Assembly (NCBI GenBank): GCA_963801605.1
Contig: CAWDFP010000006.1
Coordinates: 288,001-352,000, forward strand
Direction: 5' to 3'
Length of the DNA: 64,000 nucleotides
Origin: an uncultured candidate division Zixibacteria bacterium
GTDB taxonomy: Bacteria; Zixibacteria; MSB-5A5; UBA10806
The notes under the pieces are model-generated. The model did not search any database, had not been told where the DNA came from, and was given only the letters and a program-made list of their open reading frames with translations. Below, in pieces: positions 51,508 through 62,456 of the stretch. The first letter of the stretch is position 1. The number at the start of each line of letters is the position of its first letter. Position numbers and translations under genes: made by a program.

Positions 51508-53037
51508 ATGTTAATGGAATCCATTTTATCCCTGGCTCTCCTTGGCTACAGCGGAGGATTCCGTGAGGGCGATTGGGTTAATTATAGTGATTTCCGATTC
51601 ATAAACTGTGCGGCCCAGGACCAAACCACAGTCTATTTCGGCACCTCAAATGGCGTTATTCGTTACGATAAATTTGGCAACGACTGGCTTGATCCAATTA
51701 CGGTCACCGATGGCCTGCCCGATCCCAGAATAAACAACATTGCCTACGAATCCGACAATGATCGCCTCTGGGTAACTACGCCCCTTGGCAACGCTTACTA
51801 TCAGCCTACCTTTCAAAGATGGTACCTGGGACTCGATTTTCCCACCGAACTGGCTCGCAACGATTATAAACCGTTGAGCCTGGGGATGCTGAACACCGAT
51901 TTTGGCTATACATATCAGAATGGAGTGCTGACCGATCTCAATTTCCGAAGCTTCCAGCTCACCCGGGGAATTGACGATGGTTTCAATCATCTCTATGTCG
52001 GCACCTGGGGCCTGGGAGCGGTGATAATAAATCCGCGATACGGCCAATTGCAGCGAATACCGTACGGGCCATATAGCGAGGATGCCAGCACCTTTGTGAG
52101 AGTCGGCAATAAATTCTGGATGGGATCCAGTCTGGGCGATGCAGTGGAACCGGGTATCACCAGATGCGATACATCGCTTCAAATCTGGAACTGGTATGTG
52201 CCTCCGTATACCCGGGGAATGACGTCGACGAACCTTTCCTGCGCCATTGGCGATGGTCCGCAAACCTGGCTCGGAACCGATAATGGCCTGATGCGTTACG
52301 ACTCTGTTTATAATGAGTTTTACTCATATAGCAATAGCAGGCTGCTGCCCTCGCTGGCGGTAACATCGCTGGCCGAAGATTCGGCCTGGGTATATGTCGG
52401 CACTGATAATGGGCTGGGCTATATAAGTCGTTATCAGGAGGAAAAAGGCAATAAGCATAAAAAGGTTGAACAAGCTGCTCCCGATACCGTCTCCTCTGCG
52501 CCCGATTCCGCAGCGAATACATTACCCCTGATGGGGAAAAATCGCCTTTTAGGATGGTATATTTACCGGCTTAAGGTTTTAAACGATTACCTTTATGCCG
52601 GTACTAACCGCGGTGTCTTACGTCGACAACTCGGCAATTATGGCGATTTTTCCGTCGTGAACACATCCGACAGCCTGCTTTCGACTGATATTATCGATAT
52701 TGCTCAGGTGCGCGATTCGCTTTATTTCGCGACCAGAAATGATATCATTATTATCGATACGAAAACCGGCCTAAGTTCGAGCCTGACTCAACTAACCCAT
52801 TTTGGACAGTGGCAAATCAGGCAAATTGCAGTCGGCAAACAGCGGGTTTGGGCAGCCACGGACGCCGGACTCTGGATGTATCGGCTCTCGGACGGTTACG
52901 AGAGGCTTTTTACCGTAAGCGATGGTATGATTTCAGCCGATGTGCGTTCGCTGGAGCTTATAGGAAATTATATCTGGATGGCCACTCCCAAAGGAGTTAT
53001 AAGATTTCTCTGGAACAGACCTGGCCGAAGCGATTAA
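51508..53037 (+). CDS. Exported beta-propeller protein (two-component-regulator-propeller-like repeats)
   Basis: Repeated VYFGTSNGV, WLGTDNGL, VYVGTDNGL, VWAATDAGL, IWMATPKGV; DGLPD motif. Confidence 0.75.
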   Translation: MLMESILSLALLGYSGGFREGDWVNYSDFRFINCAAQDQTTVYFGTSNGVIRYDKFGNDWLDPITVTDGLPDPRINNIAYESDNDRLWVTTPLGNAYYQPTFQRWYLGLDFPTELARNDYKPLSLGMLNTDFGYTYQNGVLTDLNFRSFQLTRGIDDGFNHLYVGTWGLGAVIINPRYGQLQRIPYGPYSEDASTFVRVGNKFWMGSSLGDAVEPGITRCDTSLQIWNWYVPPYTRGMTSTNLSCAIGDGPQTWLGTDNGLMRYDSVYNEFYSYSNSRLLPSLAVTSLAEDSAWVYVGTDNGLGYISRYQEEKGNKHKKVEQAAPDTVSSAPDSAANTLPLMGKNRLLGWYIYRLKVLNDYLYAGTNRGVLRRQLGNYGDFSVVNTSDSLLSTDIIDIAQVRDSLYFATRNDIIIIDTKTGLSSSLTQLTHFGQWQIRQIAVGKQRVWAATDAGLWMYRLSDGYERLFTVSDGMISADVRSLELIGNYIWMATPKGVIRFLWNRPGRSD

Positions 53038-53095
53038 GTTTTTATAGTAGTAACCATAATTTACCTGGCACATTTACGATATAGGCAAAATTTCC

Positions 53096-54283
53096 ATGCA
53101 AGATATCATTCTTAAACCCGGCCGGGATAAAACGGCGCGTCAATATCATCCCTGGATATTCTCCGGAGCCATAGCGAAAGCCAGCAAATCAATAACGCCG
53201 GGCGAGATTGTCAGAGTCTTAAGCAATAAGGATGATTTTTTAGCCTTTGGATATTACAACTCTCGCTCACAAATTCGAGTGCGCCTTTTGGAGTGGGATG
53301 AGCATAAATCAGTTAACGATGCCTGGTGGTTTCAACGTCTTAAAGATGCTATCTCTTGCCGCGAGAAACTTCTTGGTGATGATAAAACTAATGCCTGCCG
53401 CTTGGTTTATGGTGAATCCGATTTTTTGCCGGGACTGATTGTCGATAAATACGCTGGCCATATCGTAATTCAAAGCCTCACCGCCGGTATAGAGAAAGTT
53501 AAAGATCTGATTGTTTCAAACCTTGTCGAGCTTTTATCTCCTGCAGGAATTTATGAACGTAGTGATTCTGAATCTCGCGCTTTAGAGGGGCTTTCGATAA
53601 TATCCGGTTCCTTATATGGTGAAGCTCCGCCTGAGTATCTTGAGATTCTTGAAAACAATCTGAAATTCTGGGTCGATATCAAATCAGGACAAAAAACAGG
53701 GTTTTATCTGGATCAGCGTGACAACCGGCAGGCAGTATCCGATTTTGCCAAAGGATGTGAGGTCCTGGACTGTTTTTCTTATAGCGGGGGATTTTCGGTA
53801 AGCGCCCTTTCCGGTGGAGCAAAAAGCGTTGTTATGGTTGATTCCTCAGCTCAAAGCTTAAAACTTGCCGGAGAAAATATCAAACTTAACCATTTTGAGT
53901 CATCAAAGGTTGAATCACACGAGGGCGACGTTTTCAAGGTGTTAAGAGAGTTTCGAGCTAGCGAGCGAAAATTCGATCTAATAATATTAGATCCGCCAAA
54001 ATTTGCTCCCTCAAAATCCGATCTTAAACGCGCGCTTTCAGGCTATAAGGACATTAATCTTCTGGCGATGGGTTTATTAAGGCCAGGGGGAATTCTGGCA
54101 ACGTACTCCTGTTCGGGGGCGGTCGATTCACAAACACTTCAGACTGTGCTTTTCTGGGCCAGCAGTGATTTGGCCCGGCCGGTTCAGATATTGAAACCGC
54201 TCTCTCAAGGCCCGGATCATCCTCGTTTGGTGAGCTTTCCGGAATCGGAATACCTGAAAGGCTTCATCTGCCAGGTTTTATAA
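53096..54283 (+). CDS. rlmI: 23S rRNA m5C1962 methyltransferase-like (PUA + SAM MTase)
   Basis: HPWIFSGAI, GESDFLPGLIVD, GQKTGFYLDQR, VLDCFSYSGGF, LDPPKF, YSCSG, YLKG. Confidence 0.9.
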   Translation: MQDIILKPGRDKTARQYHPWIFSGAIAKASKSITPGEIVRVLSNKDDFLAFGYYNSRSQIRVRLLEWDEHKSVNDAWWFQRLKDAISCREKLLGDDKTNACRLVYGESDFLPGLIVDKYAGHIVIQSLTAGIEKVKDLIVSNLVELLSPAGIYERSDSESRALEGLSIISGSLYGEAPPEYLEILENNLKFWVDIKSGQKTGFYLDQRDNRQAVSDFAKGCEVLDCFSYSGGFSVSALSGGAKSVVMVDSSAQSLKLAGENIKLNHFESSKVESHEGDVFKVLREFRASERKFDLIILDPPKFAPSKSDLKRALSGYKDINLLAMGLLRPGGILATYSCSGAVDSQTLQTVLFWASSDLARPVQILKPLSQGPDHPRLVSFPESEYLKGFICQVL

Positions 54284-54372
54284 GTAATAAGGAACTCGAT
54301 ATTCTTTTTTTATTTGAATAAATAGACCTCTTGAGGTTACAGTATTATGATGATTCTAATAAGGAGGATACA

Positions 54373-54645
54373 ATGACCAATGGAGCAGTGGTGGCAGCGG
54401 CTATTGCCAATGCGATAAAAGCGTCGGGAGCGATTGTCAGGTTAGAAAGCAGGGATTTTCAATCAATCATTCAAAGATCGCAACGGCCACTGGTGGTTGT
54501 ATCGGACAAAAGCTTTTGGTCGCCCGGATATAAATATCTTTCAAATTATAAGGGACTTACCTTCTATACCAAATCCAGCCAGCCGTTAATGCTTCCCGGC
54601 GATGCCGAGATTGTATCCTGCAGCCAGATTTATATCCCATCTTAA
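54373..54645 (+). CDS. Hypothetical protein
   Basis: AAGGAGG RBS before ATG 54373; AAAIANAIKASGAIV...YKGLTFYTKS. Confidence 0.7.
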   Translation: MTNGAVVAAAIANAIKASGAIVRLESRDFQSIIQRSQRPLVVVSDKSFWSPGYKYLSNYKGLTFYTKSSQPLMLPGDAEIVSCSQIYIPS

Positions 54646-54662
54646 AAAAGGACGAGCTTATA

Positions 54663-54857
54663 ATGATTAAAATTCTTCTTTGGCTAATACTCTTCGTGCT
54701 TTCGTGGCCAATAGCGATTCTGGCTCTGATCCTCTATCCAATTATCTGGCTTATACTCCTGCCATTCCGCCTGGTCGGGATCACTATTGAAGGTGTCCTG
54801 GCACTTCTTAAATCAATCCTCATGCTTCCGGCCCGGCTATTAAGCCGACGCGGTTAA
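54663..54857 (+). CDS. Small hydrophobic membrane protein
   Basis: Leu-rich LLWLILF...LLPFRLVG; co-oriented with neighbours. Confidence 0.6.
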   Translation: MIKILLWLILFVLSWPIAILALILYPIIWLILLPFRLVGITIEGVLALLKSILMLPARLLSRRG

Positions 54858-54960
54858 TCTGGTTCTCGGCAACCGACCCTAATATCGCTCTTGCTTTTAA
54901 ATACTATATTAGTAAATTTATTAACAATGTTGGATTGTTTATAATACCTAAGGAGTATTC

Positions 54961-55308
54961 ATGCCAATAAAACAAGACCTGCTGTTAATATTAAAATCAT
55001 CCTGCCTGGGTGAGGGCGAAATCGATCTCGGCGAAACCCTCCTGGAGAAATTTCTCGCCACCCTGTTTGAATCCGGAAATCTTCCGGCCAGAATTATTTG
55101 CATGAACAGCGCTGTCTTTCTGACAACCGAAGGATCGCGTTTCAATGATATTCTGCGGAAATTTAGCGAAGAGGGTACAGCTGTCCTATCCTGTTCAACC
55201 TGCCTGGAATATTATGGCCGCAAAGATAAACTTACCGTTGGCGCCCCCACCACGATGAAAGATACCGTCACCGCCATGTTGACTTTTAGCAGAGTGCTTT
55301 CGCTTTAG
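54961..55308 (+). CDS. DsrE/YedF-like sulfur/selenium relay protein
   Basis: LGEG..LGETLL..F, NSAVFLT.EGS, CSTCLEYYG; AAGGAG RBS. Confidence 0.75.
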   Translation: MPIKQDLLLILKSSCLGEGEIDLGETLLEKFLATLFESGNLPARIICMNSAVFLTTEGSRFNDILRKFSEEGTAVLSCSTCLEYYGRKDKLTVGAPTTMKDTVTAMLTFSRVLSL

Positions 55309-55512
55309 CAAAATTTCTTATACGATTATAAACTTGCCAACCGGCTAAGTTTATTTGGTTAAATATTTCTCCGGCTCTTTATCGAATTTTTGCTTACAGG
55401 AAACATTACAGAAATAATAGGTCTGACCCTTATATACGGAGTTGCCAGCTGCCTTTTTTTCATCGATTTTCATCTTGCAAACGGGATCGATAACCATAAT
55501 TCCTCCCATAAA

Positions 55513-58140
55513 TTATCTTGATAATTTAACGTGCCTTAATCTCAAAGAGTTTGTAACGACAAACACTGATGAGAATGCCATTGCGGCCGAGGCGATCATT
55601 GGATTAAGAAGTCCCATAGCGCCAAAGGCCGGATAAAGAACTCCGGCCGCAATTGGTATTCCTATAATATTATATATAAAAGCCCAGAATAGATTCCACT
55701 TGATCGTGCGAAGCGTCTTTTTAGATAGCTCGATTGCCCGAGGTACGCCGAAAAGATCGCTCCCGATCAGGGTAATATCCGAAGCCTCCAGGGCTACATC
55801 GGTTCCCGAGCCAATCGCGATTCCAACATCGGACTGAGCCAGCGCCACTGCATCGTTGATACCATCACCAACCATAGCAACCCGGTTGCCAGCTTTCTGA
55901 AGTTTTCTTATCTCCGAGGCTTTATCATCGGGAAGCACCTCGGCTATTACCTTCTCAATACCGATTTGTCGCGCTACGGAATTAGCCGTGATTTTATTAT
56001 CACCCGTTATCATAATAATCTCAAGCCCCATCGATCGCAAAGATTTAACGACCTGAGCTGAGTCGGCTTTCAGAGTATCGGCCACCGCAATCGCTCCGAT
56101 AACTACATTGTTCAGAGACAATATCATTGGCGTTTTGCCATCGGAGGCAAACTTTGAAATCACATTTTCAACTCCAGAGCTATCGATCTTCCGCTCCTGC
56201 ATAAACCTTAAATTTCCCAAAAGAATCTTTTCGCCATCGATAATTCCCTCGATTCCCTGACCGGGAATGGCTAAAAAATCGCGGACCTCTCCGAAATTAA
56301 TATTTTTCTCACGCGCTTTAGCCACGATTGCTTCTCCCAAGGGGTGTTCGGAATTTCTTTCAATCGAGGATGCATAGTAAAGAATTTTGTCCTCGGAGTA
56401 ACTATTGGCAGCGAAAACATCTGTTACCTCAGGTTTCCCTTTAGTTAAAGTCCCGGTTTTATCGAATACAATAGTATTGATACTATGAGCGCTTTCGAGG
56501 CTTTCACCACCTTTAATTAAAATGCCATTTTCCGCTCCCAGGCCGGTCCCAACCATAATTGCCGTGGGAGTAGCAAGCCCCAAAGCACAAGGACAAGCGA
56601 TGATAAGCACCGCCACAAAATTCAGAAGCGCTAACGTTAGCGCCGGTTGAGGTCCGACAATCATCCAGACTGCAAATGTTACCAGGGCAATTGCAATAAC
56701 AATCGGCACAAATATTCCAGCGATCCGATCTGCCAGCCGCTGTATCGGGGCCTTCGAACCCTGGGCCTCTTGCACCATCTTAATAATATGGGCCAAGACC
56801 GTATCTTTGCCAATCTTGGTTGCCCTAAATTTGAAGCTTCCAGTGCGATTTATCGTAGCGCCAATAACCTCATCACCGGGGACTTTCTCTTTCGGCATGC
56901 TCTCGCCCGTCAGCATTGATTCATCGATACTGGAACTACCATCGGCAATTACACCGTCAACAGGGATTTTTTCTCCCGGCCGCACCAGAATAATATCGCC
57001 CACCATTACCTGCGAAATATCCACATCTAACTCATGATCGTCTCGAATTATTCTGGCGGTTTTAGCCTGCAGCCCCGCGAGTTTTCGAATCGCCTCCGAG
57101 GTCCGCCCCTTAGCTTTTGCCTCAAGCAGCCTCCCTAAAAGTATAAGCGTGATAATTACAGCGGCAGTATCGAAATATACCTCGATCCCTCGTCCGGCCG
57201 AAATAAGCAGCCCCGGGAAAAAAGTCGCTATCGTACTATAGATAAAGGCTGCTCCCGTGCCGACCGCCACCAGGGTGTTCATATCAGCGGTCTTGTGCTT
57301 CAATGATGCCCAAAATCCCTTATAAAACTGCGAGCCCGCCCATACGACGACCGGGAAGGTTAAAATAAACTGCAAAATATGATTGTGATAATGAGTGAAC
57401 AGATGAGAAAACATCAGGATCATCACTATCGCCGAAAATGCCGCCGCCACAATAAATTTCAGTTGAAGCTCGTTGAGCTCTTTTTCTCTAAGTTCTCTTT
57501 CAGAATCTACGCCGCTTTCAGAGGATATATCGAGAACCCGATAGCCGGTGCTTTCCACGACCCGCTTAAGCTCTTCATACCCGATACCGGCCAGATGGGT
57601 TACAAAGGCACGTTCAGTCCCGAAATTAATGGCGGCATCTATAACTCCGTCCGTGCCCCGAAGGCCATTTTCAATCTTCATTACGCAGGAAGCGCAACTC
57701 ATCCCGGAGATCGCCAGTTCGGTTCTTTCAAGAAGAGTTTCGATTCCGGCCTCGTTGAGTTTTTCGAGCAGGTGCTCAGGAACAATCTTATCAGTGTTGT
57801 ACCTGACCGTAGCGGTGTTTCTATCGGTATTGATAATAACGTCAGATACACCCTGCTGCCCGACCAGAACCTTTTCGGCTAAACTCATTTTCGCGGATTC
57901 GCTTCCCACTTGAATCGGAATTGTTATCTCCGCCAAATGGCCCTTATGCGCCTGCTTAGTAATCTGAACGGCGGCGCCACCGCTCAAATCCGCCGAATTC
58001 AGGTACTTTTCCGGATCTTTATTGAAGCTTTCCAGACACGATTCCGCGCAAAAAAAGTATTCTCGACCTTTGTATTTAGTTTTATACTCTGCTGTTTCCG
58101 GATCAACGTCCATCCCGCAAACAGGGTCAATCACAGTCAT
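55513..58140 (-). CDS. copA: Cu(I)-translocating P1B-type ATPase with N-terminal YHS and HMA domains
   Basis: DPVCGM (YHS), GMSCASC, TGES, CPC, DKTGT, HP, GDGIND, YN, MAFSS. Confidence 0.93.
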   Translation of the reverse strand: MTVIDPVCGMDVDPETAEYKTKYKGREYFFCAESCLESFNKDPEKYLNSADLSGGAAVQITKQAHKGHLAEITIPIQVGSESAKMSLAEKVLVGQQGVSDVIINTDRNTATVRYNTDKIVPEHLLEKLNEAGIETLLERTELAISGMSCASCVMKIENGLRGTDGVIDAAINFGTERAFVTHLAGIGYEELKRVVESTGYRVLDISSESGVDSERELREKELNELQLKFIVAAAFSAIVMILMFSHLFTHYHNHILQFILTFPVVVWAGSQFYKGFWASLKHKTADMNTLVAVGTGAAFIYSTIATFFPGLLISAGRGIEVYFDTAAVIITLILLGRLLEAKAKGRTSEAIRKLAGLQAKTARIIRDDHELDVDISQVMVGDIILVRPGEKIPVDGVIADGSSSIDESMLTGESMPKEKVPGDEVIGATINRTGSFKFRATKIGKDTVLAHIIKMVQEAQGSKAPIQRLADRIAGIFVPIVIAIALVTFAVWMIVGPQPALTLALLNFVAVLIIACPCALGLATPTAIMVGTGLGAENGILIKGGESLESAHSINTIVFDKTGTLTKGKPEVTDVFAANSYSEDKILYYASSIERNSEHPLGEAIVAKAREKNINFGEVRDFLAIPGQGIEGIIDGEKILLGNLRFMQERKIDSSGVENVISKFASDGKTPMILSLNNVVIGAIAVADTLKADSAQVVKSLRSMGLEIIMITGDNKITANSVARQIGIEKVIAEVLPDDKASEIRKLQKAGNRVAMVGDGINDAVALAQSDVGIAIGSGTDVALEASDITLIGSDLFGVPRAIELSKKTLRTIKWNLFWAFIYNIIGIPIAAGVLYPAFGAMGLLNPMIASAAMAFSSVFVVTNSLRLRHVKLSR

Positions 58141-58477
58141 TTCGGTCGCCTCGAATAATCCTTAAAATATGCTGCCACTATATAATCTCCATAGCCAAGC
58201 GTATCCAATATAATAAAATGACTGACCGCAACAATAGTTCCGCATCATAAATCAATTAACAATTTGCGGTTTCATAATGATTGTAAAGTCGCTCATCCAA
58301 ACCCTGTTCAAACCTTGCGCTTTTAACTTTTATTTTCGATACCTATAGGAAATTCCCCATAGAATTTAATAAACGAAGCCAAAGGAAAAGAATAAGCGCC
58401 CGCAAAACCTGGCTCGCAACCAATTATGGTTCTGTGGCTTGACTCGTTCATTCCAATTCGCCCTTCATCATCCAAAC

Positions 58478-58494
58478 ATGGTATGGCTCTTGCT
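58478..58494 (+). promoter_or_regulatory. Putative sigma54 (-24/-12) promoter of the minor pilin operon
   Basis: TGGTATGGCTCTTGCT: GG-N10-GC with TTGC, ~42 bp upstream of the pilV-like start. Confidence 0.55.
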
Positions 58495-58535
58495 TTACCC
58501 CTATACGGATAAAACTCGAAGACAAGGGGAATAAG

Positions 58536-58889
58536 ATGATAAAGAGAAAAAAACAACACGGATTCACACTTATCGAAGTGATGGCTGGCATGGTCCTGCT
58601 GGCAGTAGGATTGCTGCTGCTGCTCCCCATGATGGTCACTTCTATCAGGGCTAACAACTATGCCAGAGACGCTTCCGAAGCCTCCATGCTTATTAAAGAT
58701 AAGATGGAAGATTTGAAAAACATGAGTACTCCGAACAGCGGTAATGACGTTCTCAGCGGCGCTACCCGCAACTGGACCTCAACGCAGGTTAGCACTAACC
58801 TCTGGAGACTTTCAGTAACGGTGGGCTGGGCCGATGAACAGGGTTATAATCACTCCAATACTATGACATCCTACATGTCAGTACGATAA
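58536..58889 (+). CDS. Type IV minor pilin, PilV-like
   Basis: Prepilin motif KKQHG|FTLIEVM; 117 aa. Confidence 0.8.
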   Translation: MIKRKKQHGFTLIEVMAGMVLLAVGLLLLLPMMVTSIRANNYARDASEASMLIKDKMEDLKNMSTPNSGNDVLSGATRNWTSTQVSTNLWRLSVTVGWADEQGYNHSNTMTSYMSVR

Positions 58890-58924
58890 CGCCTGATTTG
58901 CAGGGAATCTATAAAGGCGGTAAT

Positions 58925-59797
58925 ATGAACAAGATAAGAAAACTTCAAAATAAGCCAGCGACTATGGGAATCTTCGTTAATACCAGGTTAGGAAGAATCG
59001 CGGGCTTTACCGTTGTTGAGTTACTTATCGCGGTTCTACTGGCGGCATTAATCACCACGGCCTCAATGTCTCTCTATCTCACGCAGCATAAGCAGTTCAT
59101 GGTGCAGGGAGATATTTCTGATATGCAGGCCAGTATGAGAGCCGGGATGTCGGAAATTTGCACCAGAATCCGAATGGCCGGGTATAGTTTGCCTAGCGGC
59201 TTTCCCTGCATAGTAACGCATAACACTAATCCGGATACTATCGAAGTTGTCACTAATTCCGATAATATGGATGGTGTCCAGATTGAACATGCCATGCCGA
59301 CACCGTCATCGGAGTTGCGCTGTGATGGCCACGATATTTCCGCGGTTAATATCGGAGATACGCTTTATATCTACGATCCGGTAGCCATGATTGGAGAATA
59401 TTTTACCGTCAGCCAGGTGCAACTGAGTTCATCTAATATTCAGCACAACGATACGCCTTTAAGTCGTTGTTATCCTCAGGGAAGTAAAATCATAAAGGCG
59501 ATCAATTATAAATTCTATATCGATAATACGACCGATGCGGCTCATCCCAGCCTGGTCTATCAGGTTTCTCACATCGGGCCTCAAATCTATGCGGAAAACA
59601 TCACAGACCTCAATGTCCAATATGTGCTTTCCAGCGGCCAGATAGTTGATAACACCAATTTTGCCTATATGATCAGAGAGGCCATAATCACTCTATCCGG
59701 CAAAACCGATAAGGCCGATGAAGGTTTTTTAAATCCCTATCATAATAGATCATTAACAACCAGAATAAAGATTCGAAATCTCGGGGACAACAGATAA
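58925..59797 (+). CDS. Type IV minor pilin, PilW-like (copy 1)
   Basis: RIAG|FTVVELLIA; MQ...R...IRMAGY; AENITDLNVQY; TRIKIRNL. Confidence 0.8.
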   Translation: MNKIRKLQNKPATMGIFVNTRLGRIAGFTVVELLIAVLLAALITTASMSLYLTQHKQFMVQGDISDMQASMRAGMSEICTRIRMAGYSLPSGFPCIVTHNTNPDTIEVVTNSDNMDGVQIEHAMPTPSSELRCDGHDISAVNIGDTLYIYDPVAMIGEYFTVSQVQLSSSNIQHNDTPLSRCYPQGSKIIKAINYKFYIDNTTDAAHPSLVYQVSHIGPQIYAENITDLNVQYVLSSGQIVDNTNFAYMIREAIITLSGKTDKADEGFLNPYHNRSLTTRIKIRNLGDNR

Positions 59798-59809
59798 GCG
59801 AGACACATT

Positions 59810-60676
59810 ATGAAACTACACAATTCCAAATTCACAATCGCCAATTTGTTCAATCGCTTTGGCTCGAAGCTGCGGAAATCCCAACGCGGTATTACTATGG
59901 TTGAATTGTTAATATCGGTAGCCATAGGTGGTGTGGTAACAACTGCCGCAATGTCGTTGTATATAACCGAGCACAACCAAATGCTCTCTCAAAGTAGTGT
60001 TTCCGACATGCAGTCGAGCCTGCGCGCCGCCACCCAGGAATTAGCCTCAAAGATTCGTTTGGCGGGCTATAAGGTGCCGGACGTGTCGATGGCTATCAAA
60101 GCTTCGAATACCAATCCCGACACCATAATGATCGGCTTCGATGCCGGAATGGATTGCGGACCAGTCACCCTTAGCAATGCGATGCCGCAGCCTTCGGCAG
60201 AGCTTAAGGTCGCCGGCGATATTTCATGCATCGAAGAAGGCGATGTTTTATTCATATTTGATCCTACTACAAAATTTGGCGAAAATTTTATATGTACGAA
60301 TGTCCAGCAATCCGCCATGCATATTCAGCATAACACCACCACCCTGCACGAATCTTATCCTGCGGGAAGCACCATAACTAAGAATCATTTCGTGAAATAT
60401 TATATCGACAATACTAACTCCGCCCATCCGAATCTCATGGTTCAAACTGATTTGGGTGCGCCGGTAGTATACGCCGAGAATATCACCAACCTTAATATTA
60501 CTTACGTCCTTTCTTCGGGAGCAGTCGTCAATGTTCCCCCGATGATCAGTATGGTTCGCGAGGTTGTCATCAGGGTTGACGCTCGAAGCGATCAAAGAGA
60601 AAAGGACTTACAAAATCAATATCTCACCAGGACTCTGGTCACCAGAGTTAAAGTTAGAAACCTTGGAATTGGTTAA
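59810..60676 (+). CDS. Type IV minor pilin, PilW-like (copy 2)
   Basis: QRG|ITMVELLIS; colinear with copy 1 (NTNPDTI, AMPxPSxEL, YIDNT..AHP, AENIT, TRVKVRNL). Confidence 0.8.
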   Translation: MKLHNSKFTIANLFNRFGSKLRKSQRGITMVELLISVAIGGVVTTAAMSLYITEHNQMLSQSSVSDMQSSLRAATQELASKIRLAGYKVPDVSMAIKASNTNPDTIMIGFDAGMDCGPVTLSNAMPQPSAELKVAGDISCIEEGDVLFIFDPTTKFGENFICTNVQQSAMHIQHNTTTLHESYPAGSTITKNHFVKYYIDNTNSAHPNLMVQTDLGAPVVYAENITNLNITYVLSSGAVVNVPPMISMVREVVIRVDARSDQREKDLQNQYLTRTLVTRVKVRNLGIG

Positions 60677-60752
60677 TGGTGTATCGATGGCGGGTTTTTC
60701 AACCCGGTGCATACGCCTGAATTAATAGATGAAAATTTTTAAGGAGGATAAT

Positions 60753-62405
60753 ATGACAAAGGTCCCTCAAAATAGAAGCGGCGGAGAAAACGGCTTTGTG
60801 CTGGTAATCTGCCTGATTCTGCTTCTGATGTTGTCGCTTATCGGTATTGCGTCGATTACATCCTCGCAAAGTGATATGCAGGTATCTGGAAATGAACTTA
60901 AGCAAACGGGCGCTTTTTATGCCGCCGAATCGGGCCTGGAAAAAGCCACCGCTTCAATAATAAACAGCTATCAGACCACCGCCAGTCCTCCAAGTCCGCT
61001 GCCCGCTGATCGGGTGACCGAATATGGATATCAATATGATTATTCGACTGCCAGCAATGGCGCCGCCGTCCAAACAACGTTGACCGTTGGTGCTTACCGA
61101 GGACTTTATGGTTTGGTCCGTTCATTTACAATCAACTCATTAGGATATGACCCTCAAGGCGAGTCCCGGGCTCAACTCAGTATGATTGTGCAGGACGCAC
61201 TAATACCGCTGTTCCAGTTTGCCGTTTTCTACCAAAACGATTTGGAGATTGCTCCAGGACCAAATATGACCTTGGGAGGCAGGGTGCACTCCAACAGCAA
61301 CATCTACCTGGAATCGGATAATAACATTTATATCAATTCCTACATGACATCGGCAGGCGATATCCTTCACGGGCGAAAACCTGGCAGCGGTATGTATGTT
61401 GGAAACGGAAATGTCTTTATAAAAGATAAAAATAATGCTTACCAAAATATGGAGAATGCCGATGGCACCTGGCTTGATTCTCAAAGTTCCGATTGGGTAA
61501 ACAGCTCCATTACGCGCTGGGGTGGACTGGTTGAAGACAGCAATCATGGCATTACTCCGCTTGAAATGCCGGTGGTCGTCGATGGCCCCTCCACCGATTT
61601 AATTGATCGCGCTTCCGGCAATAACGATAGCTACGAGAACAAGGCCGGGTTAAAGTTTATCGATAATCAGGCCTATTATTTACAATCCAACGGGACGTGG
61701 ATAAATGTTACATCTACCTTGACCACAAGCGGCGCTATAACAAGCACCACTTTTCGTGATGCCCACGAAGGGAAAGATGTGAACGCAATCGACATCGATA
61801 TAACCAAGCTGAATACCAGCGGCTACTACCCGACAAACGGTATTATTTATGGTTCCATCGCTACTTCTTCCGGCGTTATAAAAGCATTTAGACTCAAAAA
61901 TGCGGCTACGCTTCCACGGGCAACAACGGTTGCAACCAACAATCCACTTTATACTCTTGGCAACTTTAATACCGTTACTAAAAAGCCGGCAGCTCTAATG
62001 TCCGATGCTCTCACTATTCTCTCGGTAAATTGGAGCGATGCGCGCAGCACACAAACTCTTAGCAATAGGGATGCTTTAGCCACCCAGGTAAATGCCTCCT
62101 ATATGACCGGTAATTTTGAGACTGGCACATCGGGAAGAGGTTATAATGGCGGCCTTGAGAACCTGCCTCGTTTCCTTGAAGATTGGGGTGGAATCAACTT
62201 CACCTGGCGGGGAGCGGCGGTTTCTCTCTGGTATTCCCGTCAAACCGGGGCGGCGGTGAGTGGCAGCTATTATAGTCCTCCAAATAGAGATTGGGCTTTT
62301 GATACAGATTTACTCGATGTCACAAAACTGCCTCCGGGAACACCGATGGTCAATATCGTTCAAAAATCGCAATGGAGCCAAAACTTCGGCGAAACGGGTC
62401 AATAA
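60753..62405 (+). CDS. PilX-like minor pilin with large C-terminal domain (copy 1)
   Basis: ENG|FVLVICLILLL (no Glu5, typical of PilX/GspK), AFYAAESGL; AAGGAGG RBS before ATG 60753. Confidence 0.8.
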   Translation: MTKVPQNRSGGENGFVLVICLILLLMLSLIGIASITSSQSDMQVSGNELKQTGAFYAAESGLEKATASIINSYQTTASPPSPLPADRVTEYGYQYDYSTASNGAAVQTTLTVGAYRGLYGLVRSFTINSLGYDPQGESRAQLSMIVQDALIPLFQFAVFYQNDLEIAPGPNMTLGGRVHSNSNIYLESDNNIYINSYMTSAGDILHGRKPGSGMYVGNGNVFIKDKNNAYQNMENADGTWLDSQSSDWVNSSITRWGGLVEDSNHGITPLEMPVVVDGPSTDLIDRASGNNDSYENKAGLKFIDNQAYYLQSNGTWINVTSTLTTSGAITSTTFRDAHEGKDVNAIDIDITKLNTSGYYPTNGIIYGSIATSSGVIKAFRLKNAATLPRATTVATNNPLYTLGNFNTVTKKPAALMSDALTILSVNWSDARSTQTLSNRDALATQVNASYMTGNFETGTSGRGYNGGLENLPRFLEDWGGINFTWRGAAVSLWYSRQTGAAVSGSYYSPPNRDWAFDTDLLDVTKLPPGTPMVNIVQKSQWSQNFGETGQ

Positions 62406-62456
62406 GGACATTGCCATAATTACCAGGCAGGCGCAATAGCAGTAAAGGAAGTTTAT

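Noticed and set aside
54961..55308. Selenium-utilisation cluster around the YedF-like gene
   Set aside because: No selD, yedE or sel genes adjacent, and no in-frame TGA candidates noticed
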